From Elusimicrobiota bacterium (GTDB taxonomy: Bacteria; Elusimicrobiota; Elusimicrobia; Elusimicrobiales; UBA9959), in NCBI GenBank assembly GCA_036574205.1, contig JAINCQ010000006.1, positions 1-27,195 on the forward strand: 27,195 nucleotides of DNA, read 5' to 3'. Position 1 is the first letter of the stretch, and each line of letters starts with the position of its first letter. This document shows, one piece after another, positions 1-9,038 of the stretch. The notes under the pieces were generated by a model, which was not told where the DNA came from, did not search any database, and saw only the letters and a program-made list of their open reading frames with translations. The translations under genes and the position numbers were made by a program.

Positions 1-68
1 TTTAAGGGGGAAGAGACGGTTTAACAGTCTAAGGAAAGTAAAACCAGTTTTATTTGGGTTAAAAAAAT

Positions 69-266
69 CATCCACAGTTTAACCACGGCCGTGGAAAATT
101 AGTGGATGTTGTTTTGAAGGCAAAATACCTTAGACTGACCGCCCCGGTCAGTCCACTATTGGAGATATATCTGTTTTTTATTACACACTTTTCAATAGAT
201 TTACAAATATTATTCTACGGTTCCACAGACTTAAAAGTCTGTCCAATATGTTTCTGATATTTTGCA
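69..266 (+). repeat. Dispersed ~195-bp structured intergenic repeat, copy 1
   Basis: Nearly identical to 25379-25577, similar to 6308-6500 and to the reverse complement of 10175-10320. Contains CATCCAC..CCACGGCCGTGG..GTGGATG and GACTGACCG-CCC-CGGTCAGTC dyads. Confidence 0.93.
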
Positions 267-304
267 GCCCCGTAATATAATTAACATAATTATATTATCA
301 GTTA

Positions 305-409
305 GTGGATTCAAGTAGTAACTGCAACAAAACCGTTAAACACTTCTGCCGGTGTTTTAAAGCCCAGACATTTTCTGGGGCTGTCATTTAAACCGTTTTC
401 AACTTCTTT
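305..409 (-). mobile_element. IS30-family remnant: transposase C-terminus plus right end
   Basis: Minus strand 409-311 reads KEVENGLNDSPRKCLGFKTPAEVFNGFVAVTT*, matching the IS30 C-terminal LNxRPRKxLGxKTPxEVF motif. It runs into GTTGCAGTTACTACTTGAATCCAC, which resembles IS30 right ends. Confidence 0.8.
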
Positions 410-524
410 ATTATAATATTTTAAGTTTATGTAAAATCAATATGTATATTTCTTTATTAATTTACACTCCCGGTGTATAGAAGATATTCAATCCCGCAGT
501 TAAGACAAATTTATAACTTTTCTA

Positions 525-632
525 GATGCTGAAACATATCATAAACACCGGCTTATTTATGAGAAATTAGGTGAATATGATAAGTCAGCGAAAGATTTTC
601 AAAAAGGGGAGGAACTTAAAAAACCCAAATAA
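525..632 (+). pseudogene. Single TPR-repeat C-terminal fragment
   Basis: Reads DAETYHKHRLIYEKLGEYDKSAKDFQKGEELKKPK*, close to TPR consensus (AEAYYNRGxxYxxLGxYDxAxxDFxKAxEL). In-frame TAA at 501-503 and no ATG/GTG/TTG start between it and the repeat. Confidence 0.55.
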
Positions 633-653
633 TTATAGGAAAAAATTTTGATA

Positions 654-1154
654 TCAATTGATTTCTTTGAGTTTTTCTTTTACTTTTTTAACTACATATG
701 GAGGGACCATTTTTGATATATCACCATTAAATCTGGCTATTTCTCTTACAACTGAGGATGAAAGGTATGAATACCTTAATTTTGGCATAAAGAATATAGT
801 TTCTATTTTAGGACAAAGAGTTCTATTTGCAGCCGCATATTGAAATTCATATTCAAGATCTGAAACAGCTCTAAGCCCTCTTATTATAATTTTTATTTTT
901 TTCCTTTTAAGATAGTTAACCAGTAGCCCCTCAAAACAATCTATTTCTATATTCCTGTATTTTCTTAGAACATTTTTTAAGATATCTATTCTTTCTTCAA
1001 GACTAAAAAGTGGCTTTTTATTGTGATTTATAAAAACACTTACTATTACTTTATCAAATATTTCAAGGCTTCTTTCTATTATATCAAGATGGCCATAAGT
1101 AAGTGGATCAAAGCTTCCTGGATAAATAGCAATTCTTTTCATTTTCATATTCAT
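654..1154 (-). CDS. coaD: Phosphopantetheine adenylyltransferase
   Basis: YPGSFDPLTYGHLDII, IIRGLRAVSDLEYE and LSSSVVREIA motifs. Confidence 0.97.
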   Translation of the reverse strand: MNMKMKRIAIYPGSFDPLTYGHLDIIERSLEIFDKVIVSVFINHNKKPLFSLEERIDILKNVLRKYRNIEIDCFEGLLVNYLKRKKIKIIIRGLRAVSDLEYEFQYAAANRTLCPKIETIFFMPKLRYSYLSSSVVREIARFNGDISKMVPPYVVKKVKEKLKEIN

Positions 1155-1187
1155 AATTTATTATATAAAAATTAACTTAAAAATAAG

Positions 1188-2723
1188 TTACACTGTTTTT
1201 ATATTTAGAATTCTATCTACTTTGAAAAATCGCTCCGCTTTTCTTGTGTGGCAATAAGCTTTGACCCCTTCTATTTCTTTATTACCAAAAATAATTTTTT
1301 CAAAGCTTATTGGCTCTATTACCCTTTTTGATTTTTCATCCGTGGTTTTTAAATAGGTTATTTCCAGCTTCTTTTTATTCTTTATGGCTTTATCTATAAT
1401 CTCTTTTTTTATTTCCTGTGGTAAATTCTTCTCGGATATTGAGTATTGTTGGTTTGTAAGGAAATGAACTATTTTCCTGTCCATTATTATATGACGCTTT
1501 TTTATTGGCGTTTTAAGATAAAGACCTTCTATTGTCCTGCATCTTGAAAGAGCTACATATGTCTGCCCATGTGCAAAAACTCCAGATGAAAGATCTATAC
1601 AAACCTTATCAAATGTTTTACCCTGGCTTTTATGTATGGTGATAGCCCATGCGAGTTTTAGAGGAAGTTGAGTAAAACTTCCAATGGTTTGTGTGGTTAT
1701 TTTTTTGTTTTTCTCATCATATATATATTTGAATATTTCCCATTTATATGGTTTAACCTTTACGATATCTCCGTCTTCCTTTTCTACTATAACAGAATAT
1801 TCCCCCTCCTCAGATATTTCAAAATCCACTATTTTCCCAAGTGTTCCATTGGCCCATCTTTCGTTTTTGTCGTTGTTTAAAAACATTACCTGAGCACCGA
1901 CGCAAAGCTTTAGTTTTGCATCTGTTGGATAGTCTGTTTCATTAAATTCTCCCTCTATATATGCGGGAAAAGAATATATTTTTTTGTTTAAGGAATGAAG
2001 CTCCCTTTCATTTATCTCTGTAGCGGTTTTGTTGAGCGGAGTGAGATAGACGAGATAATTTTCACCTTTTTTCGGTAATCGAACTTTTTTATTCAACAAG
2101 TTAAGATCGTGCTCATCTATTGTATTGTTTCTTATTTTATTTAATATTGTTATGAATTCTTTCTCGCTTTGCCTGTAAATTTTTTCAAGCTCTACGAATC
2201 TTATATCTATTTTTTTAAAAACATTAGAATCAAAAAAATATTGTGATTGGTATTTTTCTTTAAAAATATTTTTTTCGTCTGATTTTACCACAGGCGGTAG
2301 CTGGTAAAGATCGCCTATGAAAATCATTTGTTTGCCGGCAAAAGGAATGTTGTTATTAAGGTTTTTTCTTAAAAAAATATCAATATAATCCATCAGGTCT
2401 GCTCTGACCATAGATACTTCGTCTATTACTATTGTCTCTAATTTTTTATAAATTTTAACTGATTTTTCTTTGAGTTTTTCTATTTTATCTTCTGTTATGT
2501 CCGGTTTGAATCTGAAAAAAGAGTGTATTGTTTGTCCTCCAACATTTAACGCACTTACGCCTGTCGGAGCTAAAATTACAATATTTTTTCTTGTTATTTT
2601 TTTAAAATAATTTAGTAAGGTTGATTTTCCTGTTCCAGCTTTTCCTGTCAAAAAGAGATTATCGCGGGAATATTCCATTATATCTATGGCTTTTTGAAAT
2701 TCAGGATTTATTTCTATCTTCAC
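1188..2723 (-). CDS. Pif1-family SF1B DNA helicase with C-terminal WYL domain
   Basis: Walker A GKAGTGKS, APTGVSA, GQTIHSFF, DEVSM, GDLYQLPPV, QLPLKLAWAITIHKSQGKT and YVALSR. The C-terminus LEITY..KRVIEP..AYCHTRKAERFFKVDRI is WYL-like. Confidence 0.9.
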   Translation of the reverse strand: MKIEINPEFQKAIDIMEYSRDNLFLTGKAGTGKSTLLNYFKKITRKNIVILAPTGVSALNVGGQTIHSFFRFKPDITEDKIEKLKEKSVKIYKKLETIVIDEVSMVRADLMDYIDIFLRKNLNNNIPFAGKQMIFIGDLYQLPPVVKSDEKNIFKEKYQSQYFFDSNVFKKIDIRFVELEKIYRQSEKEFITILNKIRNNTIDEHDLNLLNKKVRLPKKGENYLVYLTPLNKTATEINERELHSLNKKIYSFPAYIEGEFNETDYPTDAKLKLCVGAQVMFLNNDKNERWANGTLGKIVDFEISEEGEYSVIVEKEDGDIVKVKPYKWEIFKYIYDEKNKKITTQTIGSFTQLPLKLAWAITIHKSQGKTFDKVCIDLSSGVFAHGQTYVALSRCRTIEGLYLKTPIKKRHIIMDRKIVHFLTNQQYSISEKNLPQEIKKEIIDKAIKNKKKLEITYLKTTDEKSKRVIEPISFEKIIFGNKEIEGVKAYCHTRKAERFFKVDRILNIKTV

Positions 2724-2761
2724 ATTAAAGTTACTCCCTATAAGTATTCATTAAGGATGTA

Positions 2762-3208
2762 TCATTCTTTTGCTCCACAGCATTTTTTATATTTTTTCCC
2801 GCTTCCGCATGGACATGGCTCATTTCTTCCCACCTTTGGTTTTTCCCTTCTATATGTTTCAACTTTTTGAATTCCTCTTCCTTGAAATAAATGAGCATTT
2901 TTATCCATCCATTTTTGAACTTCCTTCTCATTTTTTAAATTAACTCCATCTGCCACCATTTTTTTATATATATCGATTATCATTCTTTTCATCTCAGGTG
3001 TTTTAGCCTGAGAAAATATTCCTGGAGCTAAATCGTTTATTTCTGCTATAATTTCCTCTTCTGATTTTTCTTTTACGCTTTCAGTAATTTTTTCTGGTTG
3101 TTTTATATCCTGTTGTTGAGCATCTTTTTGCACTTCGGTTTCTTTTATTTTTTCTTTAAGATTATCTTTGCCTGTGAATTTTTCAAGTATTTTTTTAAAG
3201 AAGTTCAT
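2762..3208 (-). CDS. SEC-C metal-binding motif protein
   Basis: C-terminal [30 protein letters not shown] upstream. Far too short to be SecA. Confidence 0.88.
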   Translation of the reverse strand: MNFFKKILEKFTGKDNLKEKIKETEVQKDAQQQDIKQPEKITESVKEKSEEEIIAEINDLAPGIFSQAKTPEMKRMIIDIYKKMVADGVNLKNEKEVQKWMDKNAHLFQGRGIQKVETYRREKPKVGRNEPCPCGSGKKYKKCCGAKE

Positions 3209-3230
3209 ATTATCTCCTTTGCCTTAAAGG

Positions 3231-3809
3231 CTATTTAGATTTAATAACTTTATCTTCCACTATTTCTATTGCTTTTTCAACTTTTATTAGAAAATCCTTC
3301 TTGTCTGCTATCAAATATCTTTCTGGGTGTTTTTTCCAGGCTTTCTGGGTTTTTAAATCAAGTTCTAATGCTAGTTTATGAGTTTCATTTCTCGATCCAG
3401 AGATTTTATATAGCTGAGGGTCAACAGGTGATTTTAGATGTATAAGAATATCATACCTGTTTATTTCCCTTTCTATAGTTGTGCCAACAGATTTTATAAA
3501 ACTAATTCTTGAACTTTCAGGCCAGTATGCAATTCCATCAAGAGTCCCTCTATCACATAGCTGAATTTTATCTGGATATAATTTTAAATACATATCCTCA
3601 AGCTCAACTATCGTAAAGTAGATCGCCCTTTGAGTATGCATCATTGCATCATCATCTTTTATTCTGGGAAAACCGCCAGAGTAAAGTATTGAGGCAGCTT
3701 CAGGGACTGAAACAAAATATCTTGGGTATCTACGCTGGATTATTTCAATTATTGATGTTTTTCCAGCAGAGGGCCCCCCTGTAAACAATATTCTCCTGAT
3801 TTTTTTCAT
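3231..3809 (-). CDS. AAA_28 (NadR/Ttd14-like) ATP-binding protein
   Basis: TGGPSAGKTS Walker A, VPEAAS and CDRGTLD motifs; ATGA overlap with the ptb stop. Confidence 0.78.
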   Translation of the reverse strand: MKKIRRILFTGGPSAGKTSIIEIIQRRYPRYFVSVPEAASILYSGGFPRIKDDDAMMHTQRAIYFTIVELEDMYLKLYPDKIQLCDRGTLDGIAYWPESSRISFIKSVGTTIEREINRYDILIHLKSPVDPQLYKISGSRNETHKLALELDLKTQKAWKKHPERYLIADKKDFLIKVEKAIEIVEDKVIKSK

Positions 3810-4741
3810 TTCACTTTTGATTCATTAATCTGTTTAATGTAGGAGCTAAGAGCTATTGAATATAGTTTTGTTTTTGGAGAATCTGTTCTTGAAGGCAGTA
3901 TTACTGGAAAATTTGCTCCTGCCAGTATTGTGGCTGATGTCATCCCTGCTCCAAAGAAAGATATAAATTTATATGATGAATTTGCCGCATCAAGATCATC
4001 TAAAACTACAATATCCACATCGCCCGGCACCACCCCGTCTTTTACACCTTTTTCTAAAGCAAGTTTTTTTGAGAAGGTTATATAGACATCGTAAGGTCCT
4101 TCTATTATACAGTCTTTAATCTTACCTTCTTTGTTAATTTTTACAAGTTCAACCGCGTCCATTGTGCTTTGAATCTTTGGATTTGGCTTTTCAACCGGAC
4201 ATATCATTGAAACTTTTGGTTTCTCAACACCTAAAAGTCTCATTAGCTCAACCGCGTTGTTTATTATTTTGACCTTATCTTCAATAGTTGGTTTTATTAC
4301 AATTGCCGCATCTGTGAGAGCAAAAAACTTAGGATAGTTATCAAGTTTAAATAGAACAAAGTGAGAAAGAAGTCCGCCTTCTTTTACAGCTCCTATATCT
4401 TTTCTTAAAATAGCCTTCATATAAAGCTTTGTATCAACAAGCCCTTTTACCAGAAAATCACCTTTTCCTTCCTTAATCAATTCAACTGCTTTATTTGACA
4501 TATTTTCAGGGTTATCCTCGTTTATAATTTCAAACTTGTTTAATGGAATATTTTTGCTTTTTAAAAGATTTTCTATATCTTTTTTTGGCCCTATTAGTAT
4601 TCCTTGAGATATCAACTTATTTTCAATTCCCATTTCAAGAGCTTCCATTACTTCAAGATTATTTGCTCCGGGAACAACCACCCTGTTTGGCATCCCACTG
4701 ACTTTTTTTATTAATTCATCATAGGTTTTGAATTTGATCAT
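3806..4741 (-). CDS. ptb: Phosphate butyryltransferase (PTA/PTB family)
   Basis: LVKGLVDT, LSH, TDAAI..P, ILPSRTDS motifs; adjacent to butyrate kinase. Confidence 0.88.
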   Translation of the reverse strand: MIKFKTYDELIKKVSGMPNRVVVPGANNLEVMEALEMGIENKLISQGILIGPKKDIENLLKSKNIPLNKFEIINEDNPENMSNKAVELIKEGKGDFLVKGLVDTKLYMKAILRKDIGAVKEGGLLSHFVLFKLDNYPKFFALTDAAIVIKPTIEDKVKIINNAVELMRLLGVEKPKVSMICPVEKPNPKIQSTMDAVELVKINKEGKIKDCIIEGPYDVYITFSKKLALEKGVKDGVVPGDVDIVVLDDLDAANSSYKFISFFGAGMTSATILAGANFPVILPSRTDSPKTKLYSIALSSYIKQINESKVK

Positions 4742-4771
4742 AACATCTCCTTTTAATTTTAATTTATTAAT

Positions 4772-5890
4772 TTAATTGTAAATTTTAATTTTTTTAGGGT
4801 TTTTAAGAGCTGTTTCACATGCTATCATAAGAGCAGTCATCTCATCCCCGCCTGGATAGACTATTATGGGGGCTATCCATTCAACCCTTTTTTTGATTTC
4901 AGGAACTATGAATTCATCATCATAAACTATTCCGCCTGTCAAAACTATAGCGTCAACCTTTCCTTCTAAAACTGTAGAAAGCGCTCCGATTTCTTTGGCA
5001 ATTTGATATGCCATTGCAAGTAAAACCTCTTTGGCCTTTTCTCGAGTTACAAGTTCTGATTTTATTCCACCGCTTATCTCTCCTGTTTTTATATATTTTT
5101 TAATAGCGACTATATCGCTTGTTCCGGTATATGCAACAAGCCCACCTCTACCTTTTAGTTTTAATTTCATCTCTTCCAGAGTATATTTGCCTGAAAAACA
5201 CATTTTAACCAGCCCCCCTGATGGGACTCCGCCGCTTCTTTGAGGGGTAAAAGGGCCTTCTCCATCAAGAGCATTATTTACATCAACAACTTTCCCCTTT
5301 TTATGTGCCCCTACAGAAATCCCACCTCCGCCATGCATTACAATTAGATTGCATTCCTCATAGGGTTTGCCGAGTTGTTTTGCGGCATGTCTTGCAACCC
5401 TTTTTTGATTTAAAGCATGGAAAATTGAAATTCTTGGATTTTCTGGCATGCCGGAGTATCTTGCCAGAGGATCCATCTCATCAACTACAACTGGATCAGC
5501 AATAAATGCTTTTATCTTTAAATCATTTGCTATGCTTTTTGCTATAAGTCCTCCAAGATTTGACGGATGATCCCCCATAACACCAGTTTTTAAATCCTCA
5601 GTTAGTTTATCAGTTACCTCATAAACTCCGCTCTCAATTGGCTTAACAAGTCCCCCCCTTCCTATTACTGCGTTGATTTCTGAAATTTCTATCCCATTTT
5701 CCGTCAAAGCATCCATCACTACCTTTTTCCTCATCTCAAATTGAGCTGTTACTTTTTGATTCTCAAATGGCTTTAGATCTTCCGGGGTGTATCTTACTGT
5801 TTTATGAAATATAAGCTTTCTTCCTTTAAAAAAACTAACCTCATCACTTGTAGAACCAGGATTTATAACAAGTATTCCAAAACTACTCAT
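4772..5890 (-). CDS. buk: Butyrate kinase
   Basis: INPGSTS, GRGGL, HPSNLGG, HALNQK, HGGGGISVGAH, DVNNALDGEGPFTPQRSG and AMAYQIAKEIG motifs. Confidence 0.96.
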   Translation of the reverse strand: MSSFGILVINPGSTSDEVSFFKGRKLIFHKTVRYTPEDLKPFENQKVTAQFEMRKKVVMDALTENGIEISEINAVIGRGGLVKPIESGVYEVTDKLTEDLKTGVMGDHPSNLGGLIAKSIANDLKIKAFIADPVVVDEMDPLARYSGMPENPRISIFHALNQKRVARHAAKQLGKPYEECNLIVMHGGGGISVGAHKKGKVVDVNNALDGEGPFTPQRSGGVPSGGLVKMCFSGKYTLEEMKLKLKGRGGLVAYTGTSDIVAIKKYIKTGEISGGIKSELVTREKAKEVLLAMAYQIAKEIGALSTVLEGKVDAIVLTGGIVYDDEFIVPEIKKRVEWIAPIIVYPGGDEMTALMIACETALKNPKKIKIYN

Positions 5891-5898
5891 AAATCCTC

Positions 5899-6165
5899 CT
5901 ACTCAAATTTATAATGTTTTTTCACTGGAGATTTTACTATCCACTTACAATGAAGTCCTTTCGGAAAAACAACAAAATCTCCTTTTTTTATAGCGTATTC
6001 TTCATTTTCAGTTTTAACGATTACTTCACCTTCAAGAAAATAACACATTTCTTTTGTATCGTAATACCAATTAAATTCTGATATTTCCTTTGTCCAGACT
6101 GGCCATGTTTTGATTTTAAGGTTTTGTATTTCATCCGGATGTAATTTTTTTATCTCAACTTTCAT
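5899..6165 (-). CDS. Cupin_3 (DUF861-type) protein
   Basis: WPVWTKE.S.F.W.Y...E.CYFLEG.V and GDFVVFPKGL.C.W...V.KHY pattern. Confidence 0.85.
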   Translation of the reverse strand: MKVEIKKLHPDEIQNLKIKTWPVWTKEISEFNWYYDTKEMCYFLEGEVIVKTENEEYAIKKGDFVVFPKGLHCKWIVKSPVKKHYKFE

Positions 6166-6307
6166 AAACTCTCCTTAAAATCTGGACTTTTACAAATTTT
6201 ATTATACAATTTTTTAGTAATTTTTAGAAAAATTTGTAAAATATCTCCACATATTGAATTAGTAATATTTTTTTGAAAGATAGTGATTGATTTTATGCCA
6301 AATTATT

Positions 6308-6500
6308 ATCCACAGTTTAAACACGGCCGTGTAAAATTAGTGGATGTTGTTTTAAAAGCAAAATACCCTAAACTGAGCAGGGCGGTCACTCTGGTTTTGT
6401 TGTTGTTTTTTTTATTACACAGTTTTCAATAGATTTACAAACATCATTTTAGGATTTTCTGATCTTAAATCTGTCCAATATCTTTCTGAGATTTTGTGCA
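6308..6500 (+). repeat. Dispersed structured repeat, copy 2 (diverged centre)
   Basis: ATCCACAGTTTAAACACGGCCGTGTAAAATTAGTGGATG.. and TTATTACAC..TTTTCAATAGATTTACAAA..TCTGTCCAATA match copy 1; the GC-rich hairpin is degenerate. Confidence 0.9.
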
Positions 6501-6530
6501 AAAAAATTATTTTTCTGGTGTTATTTTGTT

Positions 6531-7286
6531 TTATAATAAACCATGTTGAAGGAAACTAAATGAATTATATTTATTTTTCCCGATGATTATATGATCAAGG
6601 ATGCGAACATTTATAAATTCAAGCGCTGATTTTATTTTTTTAGTTAGGTCAATGTCATTTTTTGATGGTTCTGTCTCACCAGATGGGTGATTATGAATAA
6701 GGATTACAGCTGAGGCGGATTTAGTTGAAACAAGTTTGACTATTTCCTTTATATCAACAACCGTTGTGTTTGAACTGCCGATACTTATACAATAATGTCC
6801 CATGGGAATATGTTTGTTGTTTAAAAGCAGAATATGAAATTCTTCTTTTTCTTTGTCTCTGGAATAAACTCCTATGGTTTCAAAAATATAATCAATTGCT
6901 TCATTAAAAGAAGTAATTTTAGCCGCAGATTTATTTTTCTCCTCTACTATAAACCTCCTTCCTATCTCAAATACAGCTTTTATCTGAGCTGCTTTGGAAA
7001 ATCCTATCCCTTTTATTTTTGAAAGTTCATAGGCTGTTAGTTTGTCTATTTCTCTAAGTGAACCGAATTTATTTAAAAGATCTAATGCAAGGTCTTCAGC
7101 GGTTTTTCCCCTTGTTCCAGTTCTTAGAATTATTGCTAAAAGTTTTGAAAGAGGCAGGTTTTCTGGTCCTTTTTCAAAAAGCATCTCCCTTGGTCTTTCT
7201 TCCTTGATCCATTTTTTTATTGGAATTTTTTCCCTATCAGAATTTTCAATCTTTGCAGGTTGGGTATCCCTTTTCCTTCCACGCAC
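6531..7286 (-). CDS. radC: RadC/JAB-domain protein (UPF0758)
   Basis: ERPRE, LLAIILRTG, IKGIG..KA.QI.A..E.G.R, HNHPSG..EPS..D, LDHIIIG. Start uncertain because of a 41-bp overlap with the upstream gene. Confidence 0.93.
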   Translation of the reverse strand: MRGRKRDTQPAKIENSDREKIPIKKWIKEERPREMLFEKGPENLPLSKLLAIILRTGTRGKTAEDLALDLLNKFGSLREIDKLTAYELSKIKGIGFSKAAQIKAVFEIGRRFIVEEKNKSAAKITSFNEAIDYIFETIGVYSRDKEKEEFHILLLNNKHIPMGHYCISIGSSNTTVVDIKEIVKLVSTKSASAVILIHNHPSGETEPSKNDIDLTKKIKSALEFINVRILDHIIIGKNKYNSFSFLQHGLL

Positions 7287-7686
7287 TTATCCCCCCCTTT
7301 ATATGGTGTATGTTCCTGAAGCCAAGTTCTTTCATTATTTCAAGTGTCTGTGCGCTTCTTCTTCCTGTTCTACAATAAATTAAATAGTTTTGATTTTTAT
7401 CAAGTTGATTTAATCTATCTTTAAAATCCGGGGAATAAAAATCTATATTATATGAAACGTTACAAAGTCTTTCTGTTTTATATTCTTCTTGAGTTCTTAC
7501 ATCTATTATTAATGGCTTTTTCTCAATAATGAAATAATATGCTTCCTCTGGATCTACCTCTACTGGTGTTGTGCAGTTTCCGGGTTTTCCCTGCTTTTCT
7601 AAAATTGGTTTTATTTGAGTTTTTATTTCTAACTCTTTAATTTCAGAAAGTTTTAATGTAAAAGATGCAAGAAGAAATATTGACAT
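7246..7686 (-). CDS. Rhodanese-like domain protein, probably exported
   Basis: IIDVRTQEEY, YCRTGRRS active-site loop, GGISAW; hydrophobic N-terminus. The true start may be ATA at 7707. Confidence 0.88.
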   Translation of the reverse strand: MSIFLLASFTLKLSEIKELEIKTQIKPILEKQGKPGNCTTPVEVDPEEAYYFIIEKKPLIIDVRTQEEYKTERLCNVSYNIDFYSPDFKDRLNQLDKNQNYLIYCRTGRRSAQTLEIMKELGFRNIHHIKGGISAWKEKGYPTCKD

Positions 7687-7716
7687 TATTGTAATTATTT
7701 TTTTTATAGTTCCTCC

Positions 7717-8862
7717 TCAGTTTTTTTCACGATTATAGTTTTGTTTTTCAATATAGTCTATATAAAAGGAATAACCACTTTCAATTTCATAAACGACAGA
7801 GCTTATAACATATAACCCTGCCGAATTAAAAGCATCACTTTTTTCCTCCATTGCTTTTTTAGCTTCATTTTCAAAGTCAAATGTTTGCATGCTATGATAT
7901 CTTTTTATTAGATGTTCTTTCCCCACAAAATTCCCCCATCTGTATATATTTTTAACAACATAATCAGTTGAAAAAGACCAATCATCGTCTATTTCATAAG
8001 CATAGTTATGAATTGGATATAATCCAGCTTTTGTAAAAAGTTCATTTCTTTTTATTCCTTCTTTTAATGCATTGTCTTCAAATGGAAAGATTTCGCTGGA
8101 TTTATATGTTTCCACAGAATATTGCGGATTTTCTTTTACGAATTCTATATTGTCTGATTTATTTAGATACTCAACCTCTATAGCATAATCGTTTTCATTC
8201 TCAATAACTTTTCCCCTCACAGATGCAACACCATCTTGTTTTAAAAGATTTAAAACTATTGGTATATTTTTCTTTGCTTCTGATTCAAAAGTATATTTTC
8301 CATATTTAAACCTGCCAAAAATAGCATAATAAGTTTTTGATTTTTTCAGGATATTTCCTGCAATATAAGTGATTTTAAAAGAATAATTGTTTTCAACCTC
8401 AATTATTTTTGAATCAATTGTTTTTAATGGCGAGTTTTTAAATTTTGAGAGTGAATTTGAAAGTTCTTTTTTTGCAAGATTTTCGTTCCAGTATAGTTTT
8501 TGTGGCAGATACTCTTTTATCAGAATTGAATTTATCGCATCTGGGTTTTTTAATTCTGGAAGATATTCTATTGTAAATGTATAGTTTCCGTTTTTTTCAA
8601 AAATATTGCATCCTATTGTAGATATGCCATAGTTTTTAAAGAGGCTAACTCTGTCATTGCACTCCTTTTTAGCTTCTGATTCAAAGCTAAACTCTTCATC
8701 TGTTGTATATGTAAGAAATTTTGATGGTTGAGTTTGAGACAACTCTATCTGAGCCTGCGGTTTTCCGGTTTCAATCTTTTTTAACTCTGTCTCGTTTATA
8801 TCCAGAGTTTCATTGGAAAATCCATAAGAATGAAATAACAATATAATTAAAATCGTCTTCAT
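7717..8862 (-). CDS. Secreted hypothetical protein with five internal repeats
   Basis: Signal-peptide-like MKTILIILLF; five copies of [FY]x[FW]ExxAxK..(G)..[YW]x[FI]xxxY; GAGG RBS. Confidence 0.8.
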   Translation of the reverse strand: MKTILIILLFHSYGFSNETLDINETELKKIETGKPQAQIELSQTQPSKFLTYTTDEEFSFESEAKKECNDRVSLFKNYGISTIGCNIFEKNGNYTFTIEYLPELKNPDAINSILIKEYLPQKLYWNENLAKKELSNSLSKFKNSPLKTIDSKIIEVENNYSFKITYIAGNILKKSKTYYAIFGRFKYGKYTFESEAKKNIPIVLNLLKQDGVASVRGKVIENENDYAIEVEYLNKSDNIEFVKENPQYSVETYKSSEIFPFEDNALKEGIKRNELFTKAGLYPIHNYAYEIDDDWSFSTDYVVKNIYRWGNFVGKEHLIKRYHSMQTFDFENEAKKAMEEKSDAFNSAGLYVISSVVYEIESGYSFYIDYIEKQNYNREKN

Positions 8863-9038
8863 AAAACCTCAAATACATATTTTACTTTAATTTTTACTTT
8901 TTTAACAATGGAACTTTAGTCCTATTTTTTTATAGTAAATAAAAATTTCTTAATTTAGGCCTTTTAGTAAATTAATTTTGTTATTATTATGCTAAAATGA
9001 ATTATATAATGAAAATAATTATATGACAGGGAGGAAAA

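Noticed and set aside
2762..3208. secA fragment
   Set aside because: Only the SEC-C tail matches. The ORF has its own RBS and an unrelated N-terminus, consistent with a stand-alone SEC-C protein.
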